64,000 nt of DNA from contig NC_068984.1 of the NCBI RefSeq assembly GCF_001194135.2, forward strand, positions 8,139,861-8,203,860, read 5' to 3'. This DNA is from Octopus bimaculoides. Its lineage: Eukaryota. Shown one piece after another: positions 50,203-64,000 of the stretch (positions are counted from its first letter, which is position 1; every line of letters begins with the position of its first letter). The notes under the pieces were generated by a model that was not told the origin of the DNA, did not search any database, and was given only the letters and a program-made list of their open reading frames with translations. The translations under genes and the position numbers were made by a program.

Positions 50203-50290
50203 ACTTGTGTGCATAAATATATGCAAACACCTATACATATAGTTTGTGTGGTTGTGTGTGCGTGTACGTGTACGTGTGAATATATATTCC
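49780..50290 (+). repeat. Degenerate (TA)/(CA)/(TG) low-complexity tract
   Basis: Direct reading; source of spurious Y/I/H/C/V ORFs. Confidence 0.92.
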
Positions 50291-50778
50291 CATAATCCTA
50301 AACACAGCCAAACATGTACTAACATAAATCAGTGAATGACATTCAAAACAATGAAATTATATGACACTAATTGCACATAATTATGATTCCCCGTAATGTT
50401 ACCCCCTCTTACAACACAAAAGCAATTACTTTCGAGGGCAGCCGAATCTCAACTAACAACAAGCATTACTGACGTGCGCAATCTCTGTCATGATATGATC
50501 TGATGTAAAACTATGCACGAAGACTAAGAAATCGTTTCAGAATTATGAAAAGAGTGTAAAAAATATTGCACGTCACGTGTAGGTACAGATATTTTGGTGC
50601 TGAACAACGTTTGTATATTTTTATGTTACGAAAATGACAGGTAAGAGATATCCACGAAACGCTTCCACTTGTAGACGTACGTCCTCAAACATTGGAAAAT
50701 CATACTGTGGCGTGATCAGATCTACAAATAAAAAGTTATGTCTATGTGTATGCACAGAGCACACTTACACACGCACAT

Positions 50779-50814
<36 letters not shown>

Positions 50815-51398
50815 NNNNNNNNNNNNNNNNNNNNNNNNNNNNNNNNNNNNNNNNNNNNNNNNNNNNNNNNNNNNNNNNNNNNNNNNNNNNNNNNNNNNNN
50901 NNNNNNNNNNNNNNNNNNNNNNNNNNNNNNNNNNNNNNNNNNNNNNNNNNNNNNNNNNNNNNNNNNNNNNNNNNNNNNNNNNNNNNNNNNNNNNNNNNNN
51001 NNNNNNNNNNNNNNNNNNNNNNNNNNNNNNNNNNNNNNNNNNNNNNNNNNNNNNNNNNNNNNNNNNNNNNNNNNNNNNNNNNNNNNNNNNNNNNNNNNNN
51101 NNNNNNNNNNNNNNNNNNNNNNNNNNNNNNNNNNNNNNNNNNNNNNNNNNNNNNNNNNNNNNNNNNNNNNNNNNNNNNNNNNNNNNNNNNNNNNNNNNNN
51201 NNNNNNNNNNNNNNNNNNNNNNNNNNNNNNNNNNNNNNNNNNNNNNNNNNNNNNNNNNNNNNNNNNNNNNNNNNNNNNNNNNNNNNNNNNNNNNNNNNNN
51301 NNNNNNNNNNNNNNNNNNNNNNNNNNNNNNNNNNNNNNNNNNNNNNNNNNNNNNNNNNNNNNNNNNNNNNNNNNNNNNNNNNNNNNNNNNNNNNNNNN

Positions 51399-51453
<55 letters not shown>

Positions 51454-51471
51454 CAGACAGATAGACACATA

Positions 51472-51632
51472 CACGATTGGCTTCCACAGTTCCCGGCTAC
51501 TAAATTTATGGAGAAGACATTCATCAGCCCGTGCTACAGTATAAAATACTTATCCGAGTACCCATTTGTGAGACTGATACGGAAATCACGGGGCTGAAAA
51601 GCAAGTTTCTTAACCACACAGTTATACCTGCT
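51472..51632 (-). mobile_element. SINE family A, 5' half (degraded)
   Basis: ggcttccacagtt...aagcaagtttcttaaccacacag..atacctgc. Confidence 0.6.
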
Positions 51633-54600
51633 CCCATAAAAAAAAATAAAAGCAAGTTTCCGATAAATTCTGAACATTCGACCTTCACAGTGTTAAATAG
51701 TTGAAATTACCACAACACTAGAAATAGTCTATCCTATTTGTAATCTTTCAATATTTCTAAGCTATTTGCTACTATTGTTTCTCACTATATCACAGACTTA
51801 ACCTTATACAAAATTGTCTACAATATGTTTACAATTTGATGCTACTTATTATTTAGAGCTTTCAAACATAATTGCTATAATGTAAATAAAGTGTATTAGT
51901 TTGTTATTATGTCCATAAACTATGCTGGAGCATGTATATAAATTCATACATTCATAAATGCATAAATATACATACATATATATCGTATTATAAATAACGT
52001 ATATTATACAACAATCTATTATTAGATATTAACATAATGCATTATCTGTTGTTTGTCAAATACAGCATCTCCACTATCATACATTTTGACTCAGGAATAA
52101 CAGCAGTCATTTAGGCTCCTACGTAAAGCGAGCTGTAATTGTATTCAGCGACCAAACAGACAAATAAATGGTTCTACGTGACAGCATATCGTTCATTAAT
52201 GATCATCTGATATTAATTTCTCAGGACAGAGCAATGAGTTATTAGAACTAATATTGTGCGGCGCCTTTATGCTTGAGTGATATTATGCTATGTTGTTCTT
52301 CATTATATTTTAATAACTGTAAGGAGTGGAACATGTTATGTATTAATAAGATGGTCATTGTTTTATACTTCATTGTGTTCAGGTAGTATACAGCAAACAT
52401 AGAGACATCTTAAAATAGAGGTTCTGTATGAATTAGCTACGAGTCTACTTCTGTCAACCAGAATACAAAATAAACATTGAATATTAACTTGTATTTAAGT
52501 AGATGATTTTGTTTTTAAACTGCCATAATTTGAAATATAATTTGCATATTAATGTATTTGAGTTCATCTACTGAACTTTTAGCCTTTCAACATTTGATTT
52601 TAGGAGAATTGTCTGAAAATTAACTCCCGGTTTCTTAGCCATTTTTTTTATAATATCGTCCACCACAGCAAATAAATAACGTTTGACAAGATGTAACATC
52701 ACTGGACATATTCAAAACGAAATATGAACAAATAATACGGATAATTTATGGTTGACTATTCAAAGAAATCGGAGTTAAAGTTCTCGAAAGTTGAATAATA
52801 AATCGACCAATTTGTGTACATGACAATGATAGACAAAACATTATATTGTATTATATTTATTATAGATTGTATTTATTCATTTCAAATCATCTTGCTCCAT
52901 CACTACCAAGCCACAGAATTGCAATCAAATCGACTGCCTTATTTTATCTAGAATACAACTAATTAATTAGCTTGCTTTCAGACTATTACAAATGAAATAA
53001 TTAATTAGAAAATTATTCTGTGGGCAATAAAGCGATATAAATCGGTACAAATTATTACCAACTGTAGACAGAATTTTAATTATGATTTCATTTTAGATGG
53101 TATCCTATGAGAGAGGCCCAGAGCTATTACTTTCTCATTAGTTTTCATAGAAAATATACATACATGACAATTTCTAACTGATTTATGTGCAAAGAGGTGG
53201 AGGTTAAATTTAATGTATTTTCCAACTTCATAAATACAGATGGCCTAGATGTTTGAATAAAAATAATTATAAATAGAACACGAAATTTTGTGTAGAAACA
53301 TGCAATGTACGCACAATACAAATGTTATGTATATTTACCTACTTGAATACATAAGCTGTATATTTGTTTCTTTATATTTGATAGGAAATGTTATGGAAAG
53401 AGAAAGTTGAAAGAATGCAATATTCAATTTCTTTTCTTGCAAATATTAATGCCTTATTCTTGCTTGATAACTTATTGAACATGATTTCTTAAATTGTGAA
53501 TTCTTGCTTATTAATTTCGTTATGATGATTTAATTAAGAGTGATATTAATGAATCGCAATTAATATGTGTAAAGCGAGAAAGATTTGCTCATCGTAGTTG
53601 TTTATGCAACAGATTTTGAGGAAGTATTGTTTGAAAGTACATTTGTTTTACTAGAATTTATTCCAGCTTTCATTGCTTTCAGGTTGACAAAGCAATACTG
53701 GTATACAATAGATGTTTACCTGTACGACATCTAGAAGCCTTATGAGTGCTATACATTTTCCTTACGCATACAAAAGGATATTTGCCATTTTGACAAACTG
53801 AATGGCTTAAAGATAAACAGCAGTTTAAAATACACAGTTTCCAATAGTGATGGCTGTTGTTACAAAGGAGATAACAAGCCCCTGACAACATAAAGCGGGA
53901 TTTTGTTAATTAAACAAAATGCATAGAGTTCACATTTTCCTTCACTTATTACGTGATTCTTACATATTCATGTAGGTAATAATCATGTTTCAGCATATTG
54001 CCACCGGTGACTTATTAATTAAACATTATTCAACAAAGTGAGACATTACGTTAAACATGGAGGAGGTCCTTGGAATGAGACTTTTTTCTTCCTGATGCTT
54101 TTTTAATTTAGGAATGAAGAGGAAGAGGGAACGTTTTTAGAGTTGACATAAAGCGTAACATTCGTTTGCGGGAGAAATCTACCTTTAATATTTTCATGAT
54201 TATTTCTCCCTCATTCACAATCATCATTCAACATACCATTATCACAATGGCTGACATACCTGCTGAACCTTGCTAATAATAATGATTCGGTAAACTAGAA
54301 AATGGCACACTTAATACCAGGAATAAAACCACTCTTCTTAAGCAATTAGTGTACAAATATTAAATTTTAATCAATTAGTGAGCAAATCTTAGTTTTCTCA
54401 AAATAACCTCCTTAGAGAAAAACAGCATTTTTCTGTCACACGGATTTTATATGTACTAAGCTATAGAAGACCAAGCTGAAAAGAAATGCTTTCGTTATCC
54501 GGCATTATGATGGTCTTCTTCTGGACGACCTTACTACTATTAGATACATAAAATTCATTAGAAGTAGCACCATTTTATACCAGTTAAGTTTAGATAGAAG

Positions 54601-55051
54601 ATTGTGTAGCTTAAATAATCTTACATGACTTCTAGATATCAGATTCAAGAAAGTAGCACAAAAACGCATCAGAAAGGTACACATTAAGTTTTACCCACAA
54701 ATACACATGAAATTGTTTCATTCATATCAATATATACGTCAAGTTCTGTGTACATTTAAGCACGTTTATGTCTATGTTGCATACATTTGGGTGTATTTAA
54801 TACCTATGATTACCTTTTTATACATTCTCTATACATTTCTTATAGTCTTCACCGGATCGACTAACTTAACCCAAGGAGCTAGCTTTCCGCAAGAAGCGAA
54901 CGAAACATTAAGTGATATCAGCCAACTGAAACTATTTTAAATAATAACAATAATAATAGCAATAAGTATAATGATAATAGTAATAATTGTATATATATAT
55001 ATATTTATATATATTTATACACACACACACATACACACACACACACACACA

Positions 55052-55105
<54 letters not shown>

Positions 55106-55626
55106 NNNNNNNNNNNNNNNNNNNNNNNNNNNNNNNNNNNNNNNNNNNNNNNNNNNNNNNNNNNNNNNNNNNNNNNNNNNNNNNNNNNNNNNNNNNNNNN
55201 NNNNNNNNNNNNNNNNNNNNNNNNNNNNNNNNNNNNNNNNNNNNNNNNNNNNNNNNNNNNNNNNNNNNNNNNNNNNNNNNNNNNNNNNNNNNNNNNNNNN
55301 NNNNNNNNNNNNNNNNNNNNNNNNNNNNNNNNNNNNNNNNNNNNNNNNNNNNNNNNNNNNNNNNNNNNNNNNNNNNNNNNNNNNNNNNNNNNNNNNNNNN
55401 NNNNNNNNNNNNNNNNNNNNNNNNNNNNNNNNNNNNNNNNNNNNNNNNNNNNNNNNNNNNNNNNNNNNNNNNNNNNNNNNNNNNNNNNNNNNNNNNNNNN
55501 NNNNNNNNNNNNNNNNNNNNNNNNNNNNNNNNNNNNNNNNNNNNNNNNNNNNNNNNNNNNNNNNNNNNNNNNNNNNNNNNNNNNNNNNNNNNNNNNNNNN
55601 NNNNNNNNNNNNNNNNNNNNNNNNNN

Positions 55627-55660
<34 letters not shown>

Positions 55661-56409
55661 CATATACAGAGAGAGAGAGAGAGAAAAAAAAAAAGAGAGA
55701 GAGAGAGGTTGAGAAAGAAGAAAGCGTCACGTAAGGATTGCAATAATTTCGATTCGTATTCTACGAATTCATTCAAAGAATCCCACATGAAAATTATGTA
55801 TGTGTTCCATGGAGCCATCCACTTCTATCATACATACAACAGGATTATTTTCCCTGTCATGAATCCCATTATTCGGTTTCAATATATTCAAATTTTTGTT
55901 CTGTTATCTCGTCTATTACAGCTTCCTTTGTCAGCGGAATTTTCGCAAATGACATTAGGAAAAACCTGCAACGCGTTGCTGTATAATCTTAATATCTAGG
56001 GAATCCGAAGGAAAGAGCTTGCATGTTTCAATGTACGTTGTGTTTCAGCCATTTACATTCTTGCATTTTTTCCTGCAAACACGAATTCTATAATTTTCAA
56101 CTACAGTCGCTCTTGTAGATTATTATTCACGAAAATATTTTGTTGTATGAAAAGACATTATTCAGCTGGTATTTGACTTCAGAGGTATTATGTTATTTTA
56201 CCATATAATTTTGCAAAGCATGAAATCATTCTGATTATAAAATGAACAATTTATAGTTTAACACTAAAATATCGCAAGCAGAATAATTAAAATGAACAAT
56301 ATCAATATCTCTCTCCCTGGTACTCCGTCTGTTGCGATGACGAATATTCCAGTTTATCCGGGTGAAATTAACGTACAAGTGGTTGAGCAACCCAGACACG
56401 CGTACATTT

Positions 56410-56605
56410 AACGTCGTTCTCAAAGAGATTCAACTTGACACAGAGTGTAACAAGGCTGGCCCTTCGAAATACAGATTTGCCATCTGAGTGGAGTAGAAGT
56501 GGAGTAGTGTGAAATAGTGTCATGCTCAAGATCACAACACAACGCAAGGAATCGAACTCAAAACCATATGGTGGTGAACTGAATACCTTAACCACTTAGT
56601 GATGT
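56410..56605 (-). mobile_element. tRNA-derived SINE (family C-like)
   Basis: gtgaaatagtgtcatgctcaagatcacaac...ggaatcgaactca...ccttaaccact. Confidence 0.65.
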
Positions 56606-56619
56606 ATCTTCAAAATTTC

Positions 56620-56860
56620 AGTACATATTTATTCTTTTATTGCGCACAGGGGACTAAACATAAACATTAAGGGGACAAGAAAAACACAGAGATTAGTCGA
56701 TTACATCGACCAGAGTGCGTAACTGGTGACTTATTTTAACCCGAAAGGATGAAAGGCAAAGTAGACCTCGGCGGAATTCGAACTAAGAACGTAACCGCAG
56801 ACGAAATACCATTAAGCATTTCACCTGGAGTGCGAACGATTCTACCAGCTCGCCGCCCTA
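56620..56860 (-). mobile_element. SINE family B
   Basis: ccgaaaggatgaaaggcaaagtagacctcggcggaattcgaact...ccagctcgccgcc. Confidence 0.88.
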
Positions 56861-57030
56861 ACTTTATTTATTTATTATTTTTTTGTTAGCGAATATAAAT
56901 TATTGATTTCCCTGTCTAAAGCAAATGTATCGATAAAGAAATGCTGTGCGTTTGTCTAAAATGTTCTTTTCAATTTCTATTTTCTCTCTGTTAATGCGTT
57001 TTATTATATATATGCAAGCATTTATACATA

Positions 57031-57750
57031 CAGTAATCCCTCGACTATCGCGGGTGTTACGTTCCAAATACCCATGCGATAGGTGAAAATCCGCGAAATA
57101 GAAACATTACTCTTTTACTCTTTTACTTGTTTCAGTCATTTGACTGCGGCCGTGCTGGAGCACCGCCTTTAGTCGAGCAAATCGACCCCAGGACTTATCT
57201 TTGGAAGCCTAGTACTTATTCTATCGGTCTCTTTTGCCGAACCGCTAAGTTACGGGGACGTAAAGACACCAGTATCGGTTGTCAACCGATGTTGGTTGGG
57301 GGGGACAAACACAGACACACAAAGATATACACACACATAAACATATATATATACATATATACGACGGGTTTCGTTGGTCAGCCCGAGGCTATAGTAAAAG
57401 ACACTTGCCCAAGGATGCCGCGCAGTGGGACTGAACCCAGAACCATATGGTTGGTAAGCAAGCTACTTACCACACAGCCACTCCTGCGCTGTGTGGTAAG
57501 TATTGCATATATTTTTTCTTATTATTTCTATAATTTGCATACATTTAGGTCATTATAAATGCAAAACAACACCACACACTCGCCTCCCGAGTTTCATTTC
57601 CCGGACACTATGTGTAGCGTATCTACGGTACACTCCGTATTTTCTTTTAATATATTTTAATTAATGTGTCATTCAGTGCAGTACTGTACTACATTTTTAT
57701 TTATGAATTTATTAATTTTTAGGAGTGAAAATGCTTATATGTGTATAAAT
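57031..57750 (+). mobile_element. pogo/Tigger-like MITE interrupted by a SINE
   Basis: TA|cagtaatccctcgactatcgcggg left terminus; right terminus not found, so the end coordinate is uncertain. Confidence 0.55.
57110..57490 (-). mobile_element. SINE family A (internal deletion)
   Basis: ttgtttcagtcatttgactgcggccgtgctggagcaccgcc...cttaccacacagccactcctgcgc. Confidence 0.92.
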
Positions 57751-58411
57751 AATATACATATTTATTTATTCTAATTTAGTCATATGACGTCAAATCTAAA
57801 TGGTAATCATAGTCTATAGCACACGCCTCGGTATATAACTGCTATTTTATCAACGATGGAGTCAGGAATGTAAAAGTAAATATAAATCAAAAGACATTCG
57901 AATGATTTATCAGACAACTCAGATGATTAACAGCGTACGTTAGGTTTTATAATTCCAAGCATGTTTTGAAGTGAAGACATTTCCTAATTCCAAATTAGTG
58001 CTGTTTGAACTGTTTTACACTTGCAGTTAATTCTAACAGCTTTTCCAAATGGAAGCCACGTATTTAACGGCGATTAAATAGGCGTGTGCAATGCTACAAT
58101 AGATATTTCGCTTTTAGTTTGGTGAAATGCTAAAAGCGTAACTATAGTAACGGTAATATAGATGTTGAGTTCTTGAATTCTGACTTAGAATCAACATCGT
58201 TTCATCAATTCTCTTGTAATTCAATAAAGCTAAATATTTTACCTTGAGCTAATCGCATTATCTTATTAACTAGAGTTTTACTAGTCGTATGACATGTAAC
58301 TTTAGAACTATACTTTTGCTTCCAAGGATAATATCAGGAAATATAATATATATACCATTATCATAACTTGTCTTTTACCAAATGTTTAGATGTCTATAGA
58401 AAATAATGTAA

Positions 58412-58815
58412 TTAGGCGCAGGAGTGGCTGTGTGGTAAGTAGCTTGCTTACGAACTACATGGTTCCGGGTTCATTCCCACTGTGTGGCACCTTGGGCAAG
58501 AGTCAGCTACTATAGCCTCGGGCCGACTAAAGCTTTGTGAGTAGATTTAATAGACGGAAACTGAAAGAAGCCTATCGTATATATGTATATATATATGTAT
58601 GCGTGTGTATATGTTTGTCTCCCAACATCACTTGACAACCGATGCTGGTGTGTTCATGTCCCCGTAATTCAGCGGCTCAGTAAAAGAGACTGATAGAATA
58701 AGTACTAGGCTTATAAAGAATAAGTCCTGGGGTCTATTTGCTCGACTAAAGGTTGTGCTCCAGCATGTCCGCAGTCAAATGACTGAAACAAGTAAAAGAG
58801 TAAAAGACTAAGAGT
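58412..58815 (+). mobile_element. SINE family A, full length
   Basis: aggcgcaggagtggctgtgtggtaag...gtcaaatgactgaaacaagtaaaagagtaaaaga. Confidence 0.92.
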
Positions 58816-59084
58816 AATTAATACTAATTAATAAAAAAAAAACATATTTAAGGCGCAGGCGTGGCCATGTGGTATGAAGTTGCTTCCCAACCACACGGTT
58901 CCTGGTTCAATTTACATATTAATCGCATCCTTGGAGCTGGTATGTAACGCAGTAGAACATGGTGTTGACTTATAAATACATTTAATACACTTTATAGTAT
59001 AATGTGGTTTCATCATGAAATACCGTGTGCCTACAAGTCATTAATGTTTACATGCCAGCTCCAAGGATGTGTTTTATATGTAAA

Positions 59085-59262
59085 TTAGTTCATCCAAGTT
59101 CTGAGTTCAAATTCCGCCGAGGTCGACTTTGCCTTTTATTCTTTCGGGGTCGATTAAACAAGTACAAGTTACGCACTGGGGTCGATGTAACCGACTTAAT
59201 CCCTTTGTCTGTCCCTGTTTGTCCCCTCTCTGTTTAGCCCCCTGTAACCAATAAAGAAATAA
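59085..59262 (+). mobile_element. SINE family B
   Basis: gagttcaaattccgccgaggtcgactttgcc...actggggtcgatgtaa. Confidence 0.85.
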
Positions 59263-59619
59263 ATAAATTAACACCACTGCATGTGGTGGCTATATAATCA
59301 ATGTGTTCGGGGGCGAGAATGGATTAGATGGGTGCTGAAGAAGGGGCAAAAACTTCCAGGATATGGCATATTCACTCATTACCTATTTTTCTCTTCGATT
59401 TCATCGTGTGTTTACATCTGACGCCTCGATATGAAACGTTGTAGCAAAAACAAACTCAGTCCTGGATGTAATTTCTATAGAATATCTGAAGAAATAACTG
59501 GAACTTAATTACGAGATATATAGAGTCAGGTAAACAGGTTACATCATTGCATTATTTAGAGAAGGACAAACCAGTCACCATCTCTCTCACTTTTTTTTTT
59601 GTCTTTTATCTTTTACATG

Positions 59620-59900
59620 ATTCCATGAATAGATTGCGACCGTGCTGGGGCACTGCCTTAAAAAATATTTTAGTCGAAGGAATAGACTCAAGAACACGCA
59701 GACATAGATATACACACACACATATATATATATACATGACAGGCTTCTTTCAGTTTCCGTCTGCCAAATTCACTCACAAGCTTTTGGTGAACTCGAGGTA
59801 ATAGTAAAAGACACGTGTCAAGATAGCATGCAGTGAGATTGAACCCAGAATTATGCGATTAGAAAGCACGCTTCTTTCCACACAGCCACGCTTCCACCTG
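59620..59900 (-). mobile_element. SINE family A (deleted, degraded)
   Basis: gcgaccgtgctggggcactgcc...tttcagtttccgtctgcc...ccacacagccac. Confidence 0.75.
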
Positions 59901-60789
59901 CATATGATTACTGTATTTGTTCAAATTATTCCGATCGATTTCTTATTTCTGATCGAAAGCAAATAATTAATAATATTTGTTAGCAAGTTTATGAATTATT
60001 AAATTCTAAAATTTCTTTTTATAAATGCAAAAGCAGGGCGCCAATTATTCAGAGAACACCTACATAGCAAAAACGTATCGAATGTTTTCTCAATCTAACA
60101 TGGGTTCAATTATTCACATATTATTTCCACATTCCTGTTATTTTCTGATAATACTGAAAGCTATAAAATAAAAGATAACAAAGACTCATCGAAAGACATG
60201 TCAAATTTGTTTAGCTTTGCCGTCCATCTCATCAAAATGGATGACATGCGATGATAGTTGAACTTGAAAATAACCATTTTGTATTGCAAATTCATTTTCT
60301 GTTATATGCAAAACCATAGGAGCTAAATATTAATAAGATGTATTCAACAAATTATTGAGGGGTAAGTTTAAATATTATTCTTATCACTCATCGGCTTGAT
60401 TTTGAGCTCTCTTCAGCGCACATCACTGTTGATGTGATATCAATAATTAATGTTTTAAACTAATTATAATACAATCTGGATCCAACGGTGTCATCCAATA
60501 TTAATTCAAATTTGAGTCAGCTCTGAGATAGAGCTGAACTTATTTAAACATTGAAACATCGCTTGATCAATATTTTAATATCCAATGATCAGAATCTTAT
60601 ATAACTGATCTGAAAGTGAATATATTTCTATATTGCATATTGTGAATACTAATGTCCTTCGCTAAAGGTCCTCAATGGGTCAGACACTGGTTCTTTGTAT
60701 CTCGGGGGGAGGGGACAAATTTCACTAAATATTTCAAAATTATTCATGAGCATCACGCGCATTTATTCACTTATCGGTCAATTATATTC

Positions 60790-61090
60790 ATATACACACA
60801 TACACACACATATATAGACATACATACGTACACACATATACATAAATATATATATACATGCATACATACCCACACGTATAAACATAAATACATATATAAA
60901 TACACATATTTGCACACACACATATATACGTATATACATACACACACACACACACTTATATATATACACATACATACATATATATACACCTACATAGTTA
61001 TATACATACACATATATACACACTCATATATGCATACATACAAATATACATACACACACATGTATAAGTACATACATATATACATGCATA
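60790..61090 (+). repeat. Degenerate (CA)/(TA) tract
   Basis: Direct reading. Confidence 0.92.
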
Positions 61091-61104
61091 AAATCTTTTA
61101 TTTG

Positions 61105-61479
61105 ATACCAATTGGTTGAAGGAGAGGTTTTTTTCCAGCTGCTCGTCTATAATAACCAACCTTATGCAGATATGTAACGCACGCTCTTTGGACTAACTTC
61201 TAGCTGTTTTGCAATGTCAGAAGCTTTCGAACAGGGTTCGTTTTCCACAATTCTCTTCGAACAGCGAAGCTTCCCTTCCGAGGGACCAGGTCGGCTGAAA
61301 CGAGAATCTGTTGATTCTTTTACTTGGCTTTTGAATTACGTTATAATTCTATTAACAGTAGCAAGAGGAATTTGAAGATTTTCGGCAATTTTTCGCTGGT
61401 TAAGACCAGCCTCAGATCGCCCAACAATACGACCTGTTTGGAAATCTGACAGTTGTGCTGAATTTTTTGTGCGTTGCAT
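61105..61479 (-). mobile_element. Tc1-family transposase N-terminal relic
   Basis: MQRTKNSAQLSDFQTGRIVGRSEAGLNQRKIAENLQIPLATVNRII...RPGP...ASDIAKQLEVS...LHKVGYYRRAA.KKPLL (paired-like HTH). Confidence 0.85.
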
Positions 61480-62392
61480 GGTTACTCTTCACAAATGTTT
61501 AATATAATGGCCCCTGAAATGAAAAAGAATAATTACATTGTAAATGTTACACCGCTGAAAACATATTAAGACGCTTAGATCAGAAATTTTGAAAATTAAT
61601 GGTGTCTATTTACTTCCTGCATGTCTGTATATATATACATATATATATACACGCATATGTGTGTGTGTGTATGCATGTATGTATGTATATGATGTGTTTA
61701 TGCTACTAGCTAGACACCATGCTTAGAAACGTATAATTCATTTAATTTCCCCGAACAATGTATCACTGTAAACAGCATTCCGTAATGTATCAGTTTCTGA
61801 TTGGAATCAATGCAGTGGTTTAAAGGAGTTTAAGTATGCATCGCGATAAATATTAAATGTTAATAAATCTTAAATGCATCTCTTGAACAGATACTATTTA
61901 GTAATTATCAATGGGGAATGAAATACCAAAGGTGAATTAAGTGATTTGTAATGATAATGGCTATACGTTTTAATTATACATCGATCTTTAAGAATTGTTA
62001 TTGAAATGAAAGTTAATTCTTTTGTTGTTTTGTTTCACTTGCATGAGTGGTAGAAATGTCACGTGGTTGTAGTTTTTCCCCAATGGATTTTGAAAGGACC
62101 AGGATGTAGCGTCGTTAGATAGTGTAGTTAATCTACTCGAAAACAAGGAATTAGTCAAATGTCAAGTAGGTGATATGTGAACGTACAAGTGAATTGTAAC
62201 AGGCAAAAAAAATCAATGACTACATTCGGCGCCATTTTGAAGCATATATAAATCTGAATTAGAGAAATATCAGATATTGTGGTGCATTTATGTATCAGGA
62301 TAAAAGTATTGAATGCCAACATTTGGTTAATTGTTAATATTATGCTGTGGAAAATATGAAAGAAGTCTTTTGTGAGATAAAATACATTCATA

Positions 62393-62592
62393 TTCTTTTG
62401 TTTCAGTCATTTAATTGCGGCCATGCTGGAGCACCGCCTTTAGTCGAACAAATCTACTCCAGGACTTATTCTTTGTATGCCGAGTGCTTATTATATCGGT
62501 TTTTTTTGGTCGAACCGTTAAGTTACGGGGACGTAAACACACAAGCATCGGTTGTCAAGCGATGGTGGGGGGAGACAAACGCACACAGATGC

Positions 62593-62657
<65 letters not shown>

Positions 62658-62815
62658 TACCCGATGGGCTGCTTTCAGTTTCCGTCTACCAGATCCACTC
62701 GCAACGATTTGGTCGGCTAGAGGCTATAATAGAAGATACTTGCCCAAGGTGTGAAACAGTGGGACTGAACCCGGAACCATGTGGTTGGGACATAATCTTC
62801 TTACCACACAGCCAT
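62393..62815 (-). mobile_element. SINE family A, full length
   Basis: tttcagtcatttaattgcggccatgctggagcaccgcc...gggactgaacccggaaccatgtgg...ttaccacacagcca. Confidence 0.92.
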
Positions 62816-63169
62816 AAAAGTAATTTTACATACATACATACATTCATAACGGCCCCGTCAACATCGGCATGCTGGTGTAGAGGACCGTTTAAAAAGTCCG
62901 TTTTTAACGCCTTGCTGTAGAAATATGCCGACTTCTCCAGTTTAAATCGGTAACTGGTTTATTTCTCCAAACATTAATAAGAGAAACACCTTTTACTCGC
63001 TATTGTAACGCTATCCTGAACAGATTTTTAAATATACATCTACACCACGTGGAATCTTGCTAACACGATTATGGTTGAAACTTACACCGCCACAGATGAA
63101 ACTAACAACCTCACCACCGATGAAAACAGAACTACTTCACCAGTAAGTTAGTTAAGAAGACGTAAGTAC

Positions 63170-63330
63170 TCTTCTAATTTTACTTGAACTCGACAATTAA
63201 ACCAAGATTTACTTCGGTGCTATGAGAAATCCCGAGATGACCCTTCAAAGGGATACATGAAGCGGTTAAAACAATACTGAGACGAACCTCATCCCAGCTT
63301 AAATACCTTCACAGCGAAACAACTCCAACA
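63170..63330 (+). mobile_element. R4/Dong-like LINE N-terminal ORF fragment
   Basis: DLLRCYEKSRDDPSKGYMKRLKQY*DEPHPSLNTFTAKQL resembles the R4/Dong N-terminus (CY..S.P..GY.KR..W). Confidence 0.55.
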
Positions 63331-63334
63331 GTTT

Positions 63335-63548
63335 CTGGATAGGAAGAGGTGGCCTGACATAGCACGCCTGGACTTATTCTTGTGGGGCTATACGAAATAT
63401 ATCTTGGACTACAGGACTTGGATGACCTTAAGCAAAGTTTCGCCATTGCGACTAATGATGAAAGTTCGTTATGGAAGAACATGGAAGAGATCGAATAACA
63501 CCTAGATGTCCTTCGTGCAACGAATGGGGCCCATATGGAAAAGTATTA
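63335..63548 (+). mobile_element. Tc1/mariner-superfamily transposase C-terminal relic
   Basis: WPDIARLDLFLWGY.K...DLDDLKQ...LDVLRATNGAHMEKY* (cf. WPPRSPDLTPLDFFLWGY...NGAH.E). Confidence 0.8.
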
Positions 63549-63749
63549 ACTTTATAAACTTCATTATTTACTTTGTATTATTTTTTCACTATTTTACTCG
63601 TTTCAGCTATGCGGCCGTGGTCATGCTGGAGCACCACCATGTCAGCATTGCAACGGTATACAGTTTCCGATATAGTTTTATTAAATTTTCTATTTGTCTC
63701 ATGACTTTCCGTGTATCCTGTATATATATATATTGTTATATTCTTTAAG

Positions 63750-63960
63750 TTTTTTACTGGTTTCAGTCATGTGAATACGGCCATGCTGGAGCACCTCCTT
63801 TAGTCGAACAAAACCATCCCACGACTTATTCTTTGTAAGCCTAGTGCATACTCTATCGATTTCTATTGTCCAACCGCTAATTTACGGGGATGGAAACACA
63901 CCAACATCGGTTGTCAACCGATGGTGAGTAGGGGAAAAACATAGACACACAAATACATAC
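63750..63960 (-). mobile_element. SINE family A, 3' half
   Basis: gtttcagtcatgtgaatacggccatgctggagcacc...atcggttgtcaaccgatgg. Confidence 0.85.
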
Positions 63961-63966
63961 ATACAC

Positions 63967-64000
<34 letters not shown>

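Noticed and set aside
53679-53891. 70-aa minus-strand ORF with 8 Cys
   Set aside because: Non-ATG start, no signal peptide, dibasic site or splice context, and the spacing does not fit the knottin framework.

Overview
This is eukaryotic, AT-rich, microsatellite-dense draft genomic DNA with many N gaps, usually opening at (TA)n or (CA)n tracts. The SINE families and (TA)/(CA)/(TATG) satellites point to a coleoid cephalopod, probably Octopus (inference). Most of the window is transposon debris: three tRNA-headed SINE families; CR1/L2-group, L1/Tx1, R4/Dong and Penelope-like retroelements; Tc1/mariner relics; MITEs; and a Helitron 3' end. The ORF track is mostly microsatellite or gap artefact. 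The main result is a small spliced gene on the + strand that the ORF track misses (exons 35548-35611, 36348-36378, 40666-40789). It predicts a 72-aa secreted precursor: signal peptide, short propeptide, KR site, then a 35-aa 8-Cys peptide AACTMGSCGKGVVLPCCPGYKCECDDAGNKCMCKQ. Its C-C-CC-CxC-CxC framework is that of agatoxin-type knottins. A possible decayed paralog lies at 45.9-47.2 kb, and the locus sits among nested inverted repeats. The second notable system is a tRNA-headed SINE carrying a Penelope-type minimal hammerhead-ribozyme motif (30.8-31.2 kb). I found no rRNA, bona fide tRNA or CRISPR array. All translations and alignments were done by eye; repeat boundaries are approximate.
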